From contig JBFWWG010000026.1 in the NCBI GenBank assembly GCA_050246315.1, forward strand, positions 1 to 19,714: a stretch of 19,714 nucleotides of DNA, given 5' to 3'. Shown piece after piece: positions 7,947-15,975 of the stretch. Every line of letters starts with the position of its first letter. Position 1 is the stretch's first letter. The position numbers and the translations under genes were made by a program. The stretch is from Nitrospiraceae bacterium (GTDB lineage Bacteria > Nitrospirota > Nitrospiria > Nitrospirales > Nitrospiraceae). The notes beneath the pieces are model-generated. The model was not told the DNA's origin. It worked only from the letters and a program-made list of their open reading frames with translations, and made no database searches.

Positions 7947-9380
7947 ATGGATGATGTATCGAGCGGAAGGCGGCGGATGCACCTTTGGCTGATCATGGGG
8001 GCGGTTTTGGTCGTCACCTTGCTGAGCGTCGCGACCAGGTCCTTGATGGCGGACGATCGGGCACGGATGGAAACGATGCTCAAGACCACCTGCTCCGGCT
8101 GCCATCGCCTGGACGGCGAGCCGGTCTCCCGACTCGAGAAGAAAGCTCCCGATCTCATCGGGATCGGCAGCAAATTCAAACATGAGTGGCTTGTCGGGTG
8201 GCTGGCGGGGAAAGAGCCGCCGGTCTACACGTCCGGCTACCGATGGGATCAACCGGACGTCCGCCAACCGCATATGGCGTTGCCTCAGGCTGAAGCGGAA
8301 GCGATGGCGGCGTATCTTGAGACCCACATGACCGATCCCAAGATCAAGCCCGGCGCCATCGACATGGCCACGTTCAGCAAACAGGAGGCCTCATTCGGAG
8401 AGGCCATTTTCAAAGAGCACGCCTGTATCGGCTGCCATCAGATCCAAGAGGGGGGAAAGACGGTCGGTGGCCCGCAAAGTACGTCGTTGGTGAACGCGGG
8501 AAGACGGCTCAAGGCCGACTGGATTTATCGGTTTAATTCCAATCCTCCGGACTATGTGCCGCACAGCGGCGAATTTGTCGGAGATGTCAGCGAACTGGGG
8601 TTGCGGTATGTGACCGGCTTCATCGCCACCAGGGGGTGGGATGATTTCCGATATTACGAACCGTGGACAAGTGAACCGTTCAGTCGCCCGAGCGTGGATC
8701 GCGGGAGGGTGATTTACAAGGAGTATTGTGCCCAATGTCACGGAGCCTCCGGAAAGGGCGACGGGGCGGCCGCGCCGGGATTGAATCCCAAGCCGGCGAT
8801 TCATGCCAATATGGCGTTCGACAAGCTGCCGATGGACTATCTTTACAATGTGATTTATTACGGCGGTCGCAGCGTGGGGAAAGCCTCGACGATGCCCTAC
8901 TGGGGATTGACGATCGGACAGCAGGGCGTGGCCGATGTCATGGCCTACCTGCGCGGGACATTCAAGGGCGGGGAAGCGGTCGCTCAAGCGTCGGCAGGCG
9001 GTGACGCCTTTGGCGTCTGTCCTCAGCCGCGCAGCACACAGCAGGCGCCGGAGCAGTTCCTCACAATGGCCAACCCGCTGCCGGCCTCGCCACAGACGAT
9101 CATGGCCGGGAAGCGACTGTACCAGGAAACCGCGAAGCCGATCGCCTGCATGAATTGCCACGGAGCAAAAGGGGATGGAGCGGGCGCCATGGGCCTGGCC
9201 TTCCAGCCGCCTCCGCGTAACTTTACCTGTGGCCAAACGATGAAGAACCTGCCCGACGGACAGTTGTTCTGGGTGATCAAGAACGGGTCGCCCGGGACCG
9301 GCATGATGGCCTTCGGCAACCTGTCTGATGAGGAAGTGTGGCAGTTGATTCACTACTTTCGTTCGCTGGCCAAGCCTTGA
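7947..9380 (+). CDS. Tetraheme cytochrome c built from four class I domains
   Basis: N-terminal hydrophobic anchor or signal; widely spaced CSGCH, CIGCH, CAQCH, CMNCH; RBS AGGGAGGA at 7931-7938 favours GTG 7944 or ATG 7947. Confidence 0.9.
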   Translation: MDDVSSGRRRMHLWLIMGAVLVVTLLSVATRSLMADDRARMETMLKTTCSGCHRLDGEPVSRLEKKAPDLIGIGSKFKHEWLVGWLAGKEPPVYTSGYRWDQPDVRQPHMALPQAEAEAMAAYLETHMTDPKIKPGAIDMATFSKQEASFGEAIFKEHACIGCHQIQEGGKTVGGPQSTSLVNAGRRLKADWIYRFNSNPPDYVPHSGEFVGDVSELGLRYVTGFIATRGWDDFRYYEPWTSEPFSRPSVDRGRVIYKEYCAQCHGASGKGDGAAAPGLNPKPAIHANMAFDKLPMDYLYNVIYYGGRSVGKASTMPYWGLTIGQQGVADVMAYLRGTFKGGEAVAQASAGGDAFGVCPQPRSTQQAPEQFLTMANPLPASPQTIMAGKRLYQETAKPIACMNCHGAKGDGAGAMGLAFQPPPRNFTCGQTMKNLPDGQLFWVIKNGSPGTGMMAFGNLSDEEVWQLIHYFRSLAKP

Positions 9381-9400
9381 ACGGAACAGGAGACGGGACC

Positions 9401-10609
9401 ATGTCACGGCACTCCATTTCCCGCCGGCACATCTTGCAACTGGCCGCTTCCGCCGCTTTGGTGGCGGCCGTACGGCCGCAGCATCTGCTCGACCAAGCCT
9501 GGGCGGACGTGGATTCGACTGAGGACGCCGAGGCTCCGTCCGGCCGAGAGCTGCTGCGCACGAAAGTGAGTCGGCCGTACGATGCGGAGACCGATATTGC
9601 TGCCTTCCGGGAGTGGCTCACGCCCACAAAATCCTTCTTCGTCCGCAGCCATTTCGGGCCTCCACCTGAGGAAGCGGTCGATCCGGCAGGCTGGCGCTTG
9701 ACGGTGACCGGTCTCGTCGATCGGCCGCTGACCTTGAGTCTCGCCGATTTGAAACAGTTCGAAGAAGTCACGATCACGGCGGTGCTGCAATGCAGCGGGA
9801 ACGGGCGGGTCTTCCATCGACCACGGGCTCCCGGAGTGCAGTGGGAAAGAGGGGCGGTTGGAAACGCACAGTGGACCGGCGTGCGCCTTACGGATGTGCT
9901 GCGACGGGCGGGAGTTCAACCAACGCGCGCTCGGCATGTCCAGTTGGAGGGCGCCGACCGGCCTGTGTCCGACAAGACGCCGCAATTCATCCGCAGCATT
10001 CCGTTGGCGAAGGCATTGCATCCGGACACGTTGCTTGTGTACCGCATGAACGGGGAGCCGTTGCCTCTGTTGCACGGAGGTCCGCTGCGGTTGATCGCCC
10101 CGGGCTGGATGGCCGATGCCTGTACCAAGTGGCTCACGACCGTCACGCTTCAAGAGCGAGAGGCGGAAGGCTACTATATGCAAACCGCCTATCGGCACCC
10201 GATGAAGGCGGTGGATCCAGGCGCCACGGTGCCGCGCGAGCAGATGCGCCCGATTGAAGCCATGGTCGTGAAGTCCCTGATCGTCAGTCCGTCAGAAGGA
10301 GCGACGATTTCGACTGACTCGGTTCTCGTGCAGGGGGTGGCATGGACCGGCGAAGGGCGTATCACGCGAGTTGAGGTTTCGACAGACGGGGGTGCAAGTT
10401 GGTCACCGGCCCGCTTGCTGGGAGAGGATGTACCCTATGCTTGGCGATCCTGGGACTATCGATGGGAGCGAAAACCCGGCGAGAGTGGCGTGATTCTGTC
10501 TCGCGCAACCGATAGCCAAGGCCATGTGCAGCCGGAACGGTCGCCATGGAATCCCGGAGGATTTTTGTGGAACGGATGGGACCGTGTCACCGTGTCAATC
10601 GTCGGTTAG
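9401..10609 (+). CDS. sorA: Tat-exported sulfite oxidase family molybdoenzyme (SorA/SoxC-like sulfite dehydrogenase subunit)
   Basis: 402 aa from ATG 9401; SRRHIL twin-Arg signal ending AWA; FFVRSH, LQCSGNGR (Mo-ligand Cys), AVGNAQWTGV, MNGEPLPLLHGGPLRLIAPGW, C-terminal dimerisation domain (RVEVSTDGG...WNPGGFLWN). Family is secure; symbol and substrate are less so. Confidence 0.88.
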   Translation: MSRHSISRRHILQLAASAALVAAVRPQHLLDQAWADVDSTEDAEAPSGRELLRTKVSRPYDAETDIAAFREWLTPTKSFFVRSHFGPPPEEAVDPAGWRLTVTGLVDRPLTLSLADLKQFEEVTITAVLQCSGNGRVFHRPRAPGVQWERGAVGNAQWTGVRLTDVLRRAGVQPTRARHVQLEGADRPVSDKTPQFIRSIPLAKALHPDTLLVYRMNGEPLPLLHGGPLRLIAPGWMADACTKWLTTVTLQEREAEGYYMQTAYRHPMKAVDPGATVPREQMRPIEAMVVKSLIVSPSEGATISTDSVLVQGVAWTGEGRITRVEVSTDGGASWSPARLLGEDVPYAWRSWDYRWERKPGESGVILSRATDSQGHVQPERSPWNPGGFLWNGWDRVTVSIVG

Positions 10610-10626
10610 CACGGGCGAGACGCGGG

Positions 10627-11250
10627 GTGTCCCTGCGGACGACCCTGCCCATGAGTGCCGTGTGCATGGTATCCATGCTCGCGTTGTATTTCGGACTCTC
10701 GGCCGGGGGTGCGGAAGAGCCGTTCGTCACGACGGCGGGGACGCGCCAGGCCGAGGGACTCCTCATCGCTCGCTGTGCCGTCTGTCACAGCACGGATCTG
10801 GTCGTGCAGCAGCGACTCGCCCGCCCGGCTTGGGAAGCGACCGTCGCCAAGATGCGGCATTGGGGGGCGGACCTTTCGGATGAAGAGGCGGGACTGCTCG
10901 TGGACTATCTTGCAGGCCGATACCATGCAACGGCGCCCGATCACCTGACGGACGAGCAGCACGAGGCAACTCCCTTTCGCTTCGACGATGAGAGTCAGGT
11001 GATGGCTGTACATTCGCTGGGCAACGCCAAGCGAGGGGCAGGCCTGTTCTCGGTCAATTGTCAGGCCTGTCACGGCGCCAAAGCCGTCGGCGGCGCCGGT
11101 CCCAAGCTTGCCGGCAATCCCATCGTGACCGAGGACGAGCGGTTTTGGGACACAGTGGTGCATGGGCGCGGAGCGATGCCGGCTTGGGGCACGGCCCTCA
11201 AGTCTCAGGAGATCGCGGATATCCAGGCCTGGCTCCGCTCGTTGGAGTGA
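10627..11250 (+). CDS. Diheme cytochrome c: SorB-like domain fused to a c6/c553-like domain
   Basis: Signal peptide; CAVCHSTD...WEATVAKM...LVDYLAGRY (SorB-like); CQACHG...GPKL...GRGAMPAW. Start is GTG 10627 or ATG 10651. Confidence 0.85.
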   Translation: MSLRTTLPMSAVCMVSMLALYFGLSAGGAEEPFVTTAGTRQAEGLLIARCAVCHSTDLVVQQRLARPAWEATVAKMRHWGADLSDEEAGLLVDYLAGRYHATAPDHLTDEQHEATPFRFDDESQVMAVHSLGNAKRGAGLFSVNCQACHGAKAVGGAGPKLAGNPIVTEDERFWDTVVHGRGAMPAWGTALKSQEIADIQAWLRSLE

Positions 11251-11288
11251 CGCGCCTGGTTGCACAAACGAAGAAAGGGGACCATGAG

Positions 11289-11648
11289 ATGGCCACGTTC
11301 ATTATTTCCGGCAGCCGAGGCACCGACGATCCCACCATGGCGACCTTGCCGTTTATGGCGGCCAAAACCGCGAAGGAACAGGGGCACGATGTGATCCTGT
11401 GGCTCTGGAACGAAGCGGTCACGCTCGGACGAAAGGGCACGGCCGATCATGTGACGGGGGTGAATCTGACGCCGTTAAAGGATCTACTGGGCGCGATTCA
11501 AGCGGCCAACGTGCCAATCTGGGTCTGCGGGGCCTGTGCCGTGGCCCGGCAGATCGGGCAGGGAGATTTGGCAGCGGGCGCCACGATCAAGGGCATGCCG
11601 GACTATATCAAGGCCGTCGCCGAGCGTGACCGAATCGTCGCCTTCTGA
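11289..11648 (+). CDS. Cytoplasmic DsrE family protein (sulfur carrier or peroxiredoxin-like)
   Basis: 119 aa from ATG 11289; GTDDPTMATLPF...EAVTL...IWVCGACAVAR with CxxC; no signal peptide. Confidence 0.9.
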   Translation: MATFIISGSRGTDDPTMATLPFMAAKTAKEQGHDVILWLWNEAVTLGRKGTADHVTGVNLTPLKDLLGAIQAANVPIWVCGACAVARQIGQGDLAAGATIKGMPDYIKAVAERDRIVAF

Positions 11649-11751
11649 CACGTTCCCGTGCGAGCAGGTTCCTGTCACGATCGGCGATGCGCGACCTGTG
11701 CATGACACGGACCCACAGACGAATGGAGAAGGCAAGGTCTGCGTCATCACT

Positions 11752-11801
11752 CGTCGCATTTTGCACCAGGCCTCTCGTCGAGTCTGGGGAGTTTCTCACC
11801 A
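11752..11801 (+). promoter_or_regulatory. Pair of 17-bp putative enhancer sites for the sigma54 promoter at 11886
   Basis: CGTCGCATTTTGCACCA (11752) and TGGGGAGTTTCTCACCA (11785), 33 bp apart; the second is 101 bp upstream of the promoter, as at 1290/1391. Confidence 0.62.
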
Positions 11802-11885
11802 CGAGCCGTCGCTAGCCGTCATAGCCGTCCCTCCTAACTCACCGATCCTCCGCAACTCGTTTCGGTCGCCGATCTGAGACCTGAG

Positions 11886-11901
11886 TGGCACGATCTTGGC
11901 A
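11886..11901 (+). promoter_or_regulatory. sigma54 -24/-12 promoter
   Basis: TGGCACGATCTTGGCA: one mismatch to TGGCACG-N4-TTGCW. Confidence 0.75.
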
Positions 11902-12084
11902 CTTCGCCCAGGCGGATGAGTATGGCGTTTCGACCATGGCATGTTCACGTAATGCGAAGCGAGAAAGAATCCTCAGCGAGAACAGCCGCTCTAAGATGAA
12001 GGGAGACAGGAATCGGCGAAGGTCGGTGAGCCGAGCCATCCGCTCATCGGTTTCATCAACGGTCTACAGCAGAAGGAGGGCACG

Positions 12085-12516
12085 ATGTCGACAGAAATAC
12101 GGCCAGGTGTACCGGTTGGAGGATTCAAGACGGTTGGACAGATTCATGCTACGAATGATCTGGTCATTAATCACAAACAGAATGCACTCGCCGTCGCGGT
12201 GGAACTGTTGACGGACCACATTCCCGGTGCGCCGGTGGTGGACGAGAAACATGAGTTCATCGGCTTCATCAGCGAGTTCGATATTCTGCGGGCGCTTGAG
12301 GCGGGCAAGGATTTGGGCAAGCTCACGGCCGAGGACGTCATGGTGAAGGATCGTGTCGCCGTGACGGACGATACAACGGTTGAGCAGGCGGTAAAGATCA
12401 TGGAAGAAAAGCGCCTACTCAGCCTGCCGGTGAAAAAGAACGGCAAGGTCGCCTATTCGGTGACCAGGCACGACCTCCTGAGGGCCTGGATCGGCCTCGG
12501 CGTGTCGTTTGAGTAA
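12085..12516 (+). CDS. Stand-alone CBS-pair protein
   Basis: 143 aa; HIPGAPVVDEKHEFIGFISEFDIL and RLLSLPVKKNGKVAYSVTRHDLL; RBS AAGGAGG. Confidence 0.92.
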   Translation: MSTEIRPGVPVGGFKTVGQIHATNDLVINHKQNALAVAVELLTDHIPGAPVVDEKHEFIGFISEFDILRALEAGKDLGKLTAEDVMVKDRVAVTDDTTVEQAVKIMEEKRLLSLPVKKNGKVAYSVTRHDLLRAWIGLGVSFE

Positions 12517-12611
12517 GTGGAATCGACGTTTGGAGGCTCACGGAGCGTGTCACGCTGCAGATCAGGTCATCGCGGGCCTTGTATCGAGTGAATGAGAAGA
12601 GGAGTTGGCGT

Positions 12612-13193
12612 ATGAAGAAGGTCCTGTGGCTTGCGATTGGCCTGGCCGGTTGCTTGGCTTTGCCGCTCTGGGCGGCGGAACAGCATGAGAGGCAGGGGAT
12701 GCGAGGTATGGAGAGCATGATGCAGCCGCGCGTGCCGGCGGACAAGCTCGCGGAGGCTCGCGGTATCACGAGCCCGCTTCCCGATTCGGCCGAGGTAGTC
12801 GAGAGGGGGAAGGCCTTGTATGAAGGCAAGGGCACCTGCTTCACTTGTCACGGACTCACCGGGCAGGGAGACGGATCGGCTGGGGCGACGCTCAATCCAC
12901 CTCCGCGCAATTTCCATCATCGCGGGTTTTGGCGGCACCGCAGCGAGGGGGAAATCTTCTGGGTCATTAAGAACGGCTCGCCCGGCACCGGCATGATTCC
13001 ATTTGCCGGCGCGCTCACAGATGAGGAGATCTGGAGCATCATCCAGTATGAACGAACCTTCTCTGGAGGCCATGGACCACGGCGCAGCATGGATCCGCCG
13101 GAGGGGATGGGTCACAGGGGATCACGCGGCGGCATGGGAATGGGGGCTGAAGGGGGAACCGCAGCGCCGGGAGGAGAATGTTGTCCACCGTGA
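12612..13193 (+). CDS. Monoheme cytochrome c with Met/Gly/His-rich extensions
   Basis: ATG 12612 (RBS AGGAG); signal peptide; CFTCHG, PPPRNF, GEIFWVIKNGSPGTGM; paralog of 5033-5506; ends GGECCPP. Confidence 0.9.
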   Translation: MKKVLWLAIGLAGCLALPLWAAEQHERQGMRGMESMMQPRVPADKLAEARGITSPLPDSAEVVERGKALYEGKGTCFTCHGLTGQGDGSAGATLNPPPRNFHHRGFWRHRSEGEIFWVIKNGSPGTGMIPFAGALTDEEIWSIIQYERTFSGGHGPRRSMDPPEGMGHRGSRGGMGMGAEGGTAAPGGECCPP

Positions 13194-13239
13194 TGCTCAA
13201 CGAGCTGCCATTGGTGCGCTTTCAGGAAGGAGTGCCTTC

Positions 13240-13656
13240 ATGAAGAAGCACAGCAGGGTCGTTCTTGGGGTTCTGCTTCTGGTCTCGACTGGGTCGTGGT
13301 TGCTGGCACAAGAAATACGGGGCAATCCGAAACATGGGCAGGCCGTGTACGAGAAACATTGTCTGCGCTGTCACGGAGCTTCTGGAGACGGCCTTGGGCC
13401 GGACGCGACCGATCTGATCGTACTCCCGGCGAATTTCCAGTCGGCCAAATCCAGAGCCAAGACCGATTTCGAGCTGCTCATCGCCATTTCCAACGGTGTG
13501 CTGTTCAGTCCGATGCATGGATGGAGGGGGCGATTGAACGAAACGGAGATGATGGATGTGATCGCGTACATCCGGATGCTCGCGCCGTTTCTGGCCGTTT
13601 CCCAGACGGCTCCGGTCGGTGCCGATGCGCTGATTGTTCAGGACGAGCGAGCGTAG
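13240..13656 (+). CDS. Periplasmic monoheme class I cytochrome c
   Basis: ATG 13240 (RBS AAGGAG); GNPKHGQAVYEKHCLRCHG...SPMHGWRGRL; paralog of 1985-2332. Confidence 0.9.
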   Translation: MKKHSRVVLGVLLLVSTGSWLLAQEIRGNPKHGQAVYEKHCLRCHGASGDGLGPDATDLIVLPANFQSAKSRAKTDFELLIAISNGVLFSPMHGWRGRLNETEMMDVIAYIRMLAPFLAVSQTAPVGADALIVQDERA

Positions 13657-14215
13657 ACGGTCTTTATATCGTCGGTTCCCTTGTCGGTTGAGGAGATCGT
13701 GCTCACCTGGTTGCCGTTTGCAGGAGCGCCTTCTCCCTCGAGTCGGATGAACAGAGGATCACTGTACCTTGTTACGGTCATGATGGCTCGCGACAGGGCC
13801 TGACCGGCATCGATCTCAGCCATGGCATGCTGCTGCGGTTGGTTCCTGCCGTAATGGGTCTGACGCGAAGAGGTTCGGCTCTGAAGAGGGTTCGTCGCGT
13901 TGCACCCGTTGCATCGTGAAGAGCAATGGGCATCCGGCAGTCGCCAGGCGTTGGACCCATCGCATGGGACGAGCAATGGGTACCCCCACGATGGACGTCC
14001 CGGAAGATCGATTGCGGAGCAATCGGAGGGTGGCGGGGGAGATGACGGTCATGGGGACGATCTGCAATGGCTTCTGAGATCGTTCGTGATCGCTGCTGAA
14101 CCGGCTTTAGCGGATACTCAACAGGTTACTCGTCAGCCTGCCGGCCCGGCTCATTCATGAAGCGTCGTGGCGAAACTGCGGGCGAGGAAGGACATCGCTC
14201 CTGCTGCGAAGGACA

Positions 14216-14635
14216 ATGATTGCGATGAGAGGAAGGAGCCGGTCGGTAGGGGTGGTGCTGTGCCTGAGGCTTGCGTTCGGCGTCGGCCTTGTCGGCATGA
14301 GCGTCACCATCGGCGCGATTGGCATGTCGGGCTTGCCGGCGCTGGCTGTCGGCGGACCAGCCAGCGATGTGCAGAAGGGTGGCGAAGATGCGGGAAGGCA
14401 AGACTCGTCCGAGCCGCCATTCAACCCGCACGGCAACTTGGTGTTCCGCGCGACCGGTGCCACGTCCTGTCGCGAGTGTCACGTCGCCGGCCGATCGACA
14501 TCTGGGGCATGGCCTGTGCTGGACAACGATCGAGTGCGATCGCTGGTGGCCAAAGGGAAGGGCGCGCACGCAGGGAGATTTGCCGACTGTTTTCGATGCC
14601 ATCCCGGTGGCAGACTGCCAAGCGAGCAGCCGTGA
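14216..14635 (+). CDS. Small diheme cytochrome c
   Basis: Hydrophobic N-terminus; CRECH and CFRCH with candidate distal His in NPHG and GAH; homologous to the C-half of 15976-16536. Start is uncertain (14216 or 14225). Confidence 0.82.
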   Translation: MIAMRGRSRSVGVVLCLRLAFGVGLVGMSVTIGAIGMSGLPALAVGGPASDVQKGGEDAGRQDSSEPPFNPHGNLVFRATGATSCRECHVAGRSTSGAWPVLDNDRVRSLVAKGKGAHAGRFADCFRCHPGGRLPSEQP

Positions 14636-14641
14636 ACGAGG

Positions 14642-15220
14642 ATGACGACGAGAGGCGAGCAGAGAAGGGATTGTACAGGCACCGGAGCGACGACCGCGTA
14701 TCTGAACCGGATGTCCCCGGGACAGTCCCGATCTGTGCTCCTTGCCGCGTGGCTGGTCTTCGGGGTCGGCGGCTGTGGCGACGGACTCAAGGACGTCAGG
14801 CAGTACGAGCGAGGCGAATCAGCTCAAACCCTGCCGGTGATCCCCGATGGCCGGCAGGCCATCCGCCTCTCGTCCGCCGCGGAAATCGAGCATCAGGGAG
14901 CGATGGTTCAGCACCTGCAGACGATGGAAGGCATCGTCGAGGCGCTGGCGGCTGGGGATTTCCTGATGGCCCAGATGCGAGCGGAAGCCCATCCAAGTTT
15001 CTTCGCGCGTCGCATGGCCCTCGTCCGACAACGAATGGAGACCTACCCGCCGGGCTTTCAAGACCTGGCTGCCGCGCATCAGGCGGCGGCCGACGAGTTG
15101 GCCCGCGCCATTCCCTCCCGCGATCTCGTTCAGATTCTTCCTAAGCTGAGCGCGCTGTTGAAGGCCTGCTCGGCCTGTCATCTGACGTTTCGCTTGGACC
15201 GAAGCGACCGCGGAGGGTGA
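14642..15220 (+). CDS. Class II (c'-like) cytochrome c, probable lipoprotein
   Basis: LLAAWLVFGVGGC lipobox-like; helical body; single C-terminal CSACH. The true start may be ATG 14711. Confidence 0.8.
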   Translation: MTTRGEQRRDCTGTGATTAYLNRMSPGQSRSVLLAAWLVFGVGGCGDGLKDVRQYERGESAQTLPVIPDGRQAIRLSSAAEIEHQGAMVQHLQTMEGIVEALAAGDFLMAQMRAEAHPSFFARRMALVRQRMETYPPGFQDLAAAHQAAADELARAIPSRDLVQILPKLSALLKACSACHLTFRLDRSDRGG

Positions 15221-15375
15221 CTCCATGACAATGGCGCTCACGCTCGCGGGGGGTGATCCCATCGGAAGGCGCAATGGAAACGAGGGGACCGCAAGGCTTC
15301 ACCGATAGCCTTTGCTCACGAAATCTGTGGGGCCGCGATGCGGAAGGCCGCCGATCGTTCCGATGAAGGGACCGC

Positions 15376-15969
15376 ATGAATTCGCTGAGGTCGCGGGCCA
15401 GGCTGGTGGCGCTGGCTGCGACCTTCGTCGTTGGAGCGGCCTTCGGCGTTGAATTGCTGCTCAGCCTCGGCGAGGAAGTGGAGTTCGGCCACAGCCGCCG
15501 TGGCCATGTCCTCGGTTGGGTTGGGTTGCTGATTCTTCTGCTGGTCTTCGTCTATCCCCTGAAAAAACGATACGCTCCGGAGGCCCCGAGGCGGGGCTGG
15601 ATTCAACCTTGGTTTCGGGTCCATCTGATTGCCGGCATTCTAGGGCCTGTCCTGATCCTGATTCATGCCGGGGCGCACTTTCACGCGCTCGTGCCGGTCC
15701 TTGCGTTGGTTGCGCTGGCTCTGGTGACCCTGAGCGGCGTTGTCGGCCAAACGCTACATTCACTGGCGGTGCGGCAGATGAATCAACAATGGCACGAGCT
15801 TCAGAAGCAGGACCTGGCAGAAGCTGAAATCCAGGAACGATTGACGGAACGGACGGCGCAAGAGGAGGCCTTTCGATTTTGGCAGCTCGTCCATGCGCCC
15901 GTGACCATTCCGTTTGTCGCACTGACGCTCCTGCACATCATCGGAGCGCTCTTTTTCGGCGGATGGTGA
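15376..15969 (+). CDS. Integral membrane di-heme b-type (ferric-reductase-like) protein
   Basis: 197 aa; several TM helices; two His pairs at i/i+14 (VHLIAGILGPVLILIH; VHAPVTIPFVALTLLH). Confidence 0.78.
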   Translation: MNSLRSRARLVALAATFVVGAAFGVELLLSLGEEVEFGHSRRGHVLGWVGLLILLLVFVYPLKKRYAPEAPRRGWIQPWFRVHLIAGILGPVLILIHAGAHFHALVPVLALVALALVTLSGVVGQTLHSLAVRQMNQQWHELQKQDLAEAEIQERLTERTAQEEAFRFWQLVHAPVTIPFVALTLLHIIGALFFGGW

Positions 15970-15975
15970 CGTCCG

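Noticed and set aside
6139..9380. MtrAB/PioAB-type extracellular electron conduit
   Set aside because: The barrel is far shorter than MtrB, and the tetraheme protein consists of separate globular class I domains, not a decaheme wire.
8391..9407. 338-aa minus-strand ORF (and similar ones at 6574-7212, 9404-10198, 10606-11265)
   Set aside because: Antisense shadows of well-supported + strand genes in GC-rich DNA; no motifs.
9401..11250. soxCD of a complete Sox system
   Set aside because: No soxA, X, Y, Z or B in the window, and the partner looks SorB-like; a Sox role cannot be supported here.
13823..13838. sigma54-like TGGCATGCTGCTGC upstream of the 14216 module
   Set aside because: GG-to-GC spacing is 9 rather than the strict 10.
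13660..14210. Small ORFs or RNA element in the 550-bp gap (GAGGAG-GTG ORF near 13699; GAGCAATGGG twice at 13921 and 13971)
   Set aside because: No recognisable protein or structure; left unexplained.
14167..15144. 325-aa Arg-rich + strand ORF
   Set aside because: Alternative frame over two cytochrome genes; composition typical of off-frame GC-rich sequence.
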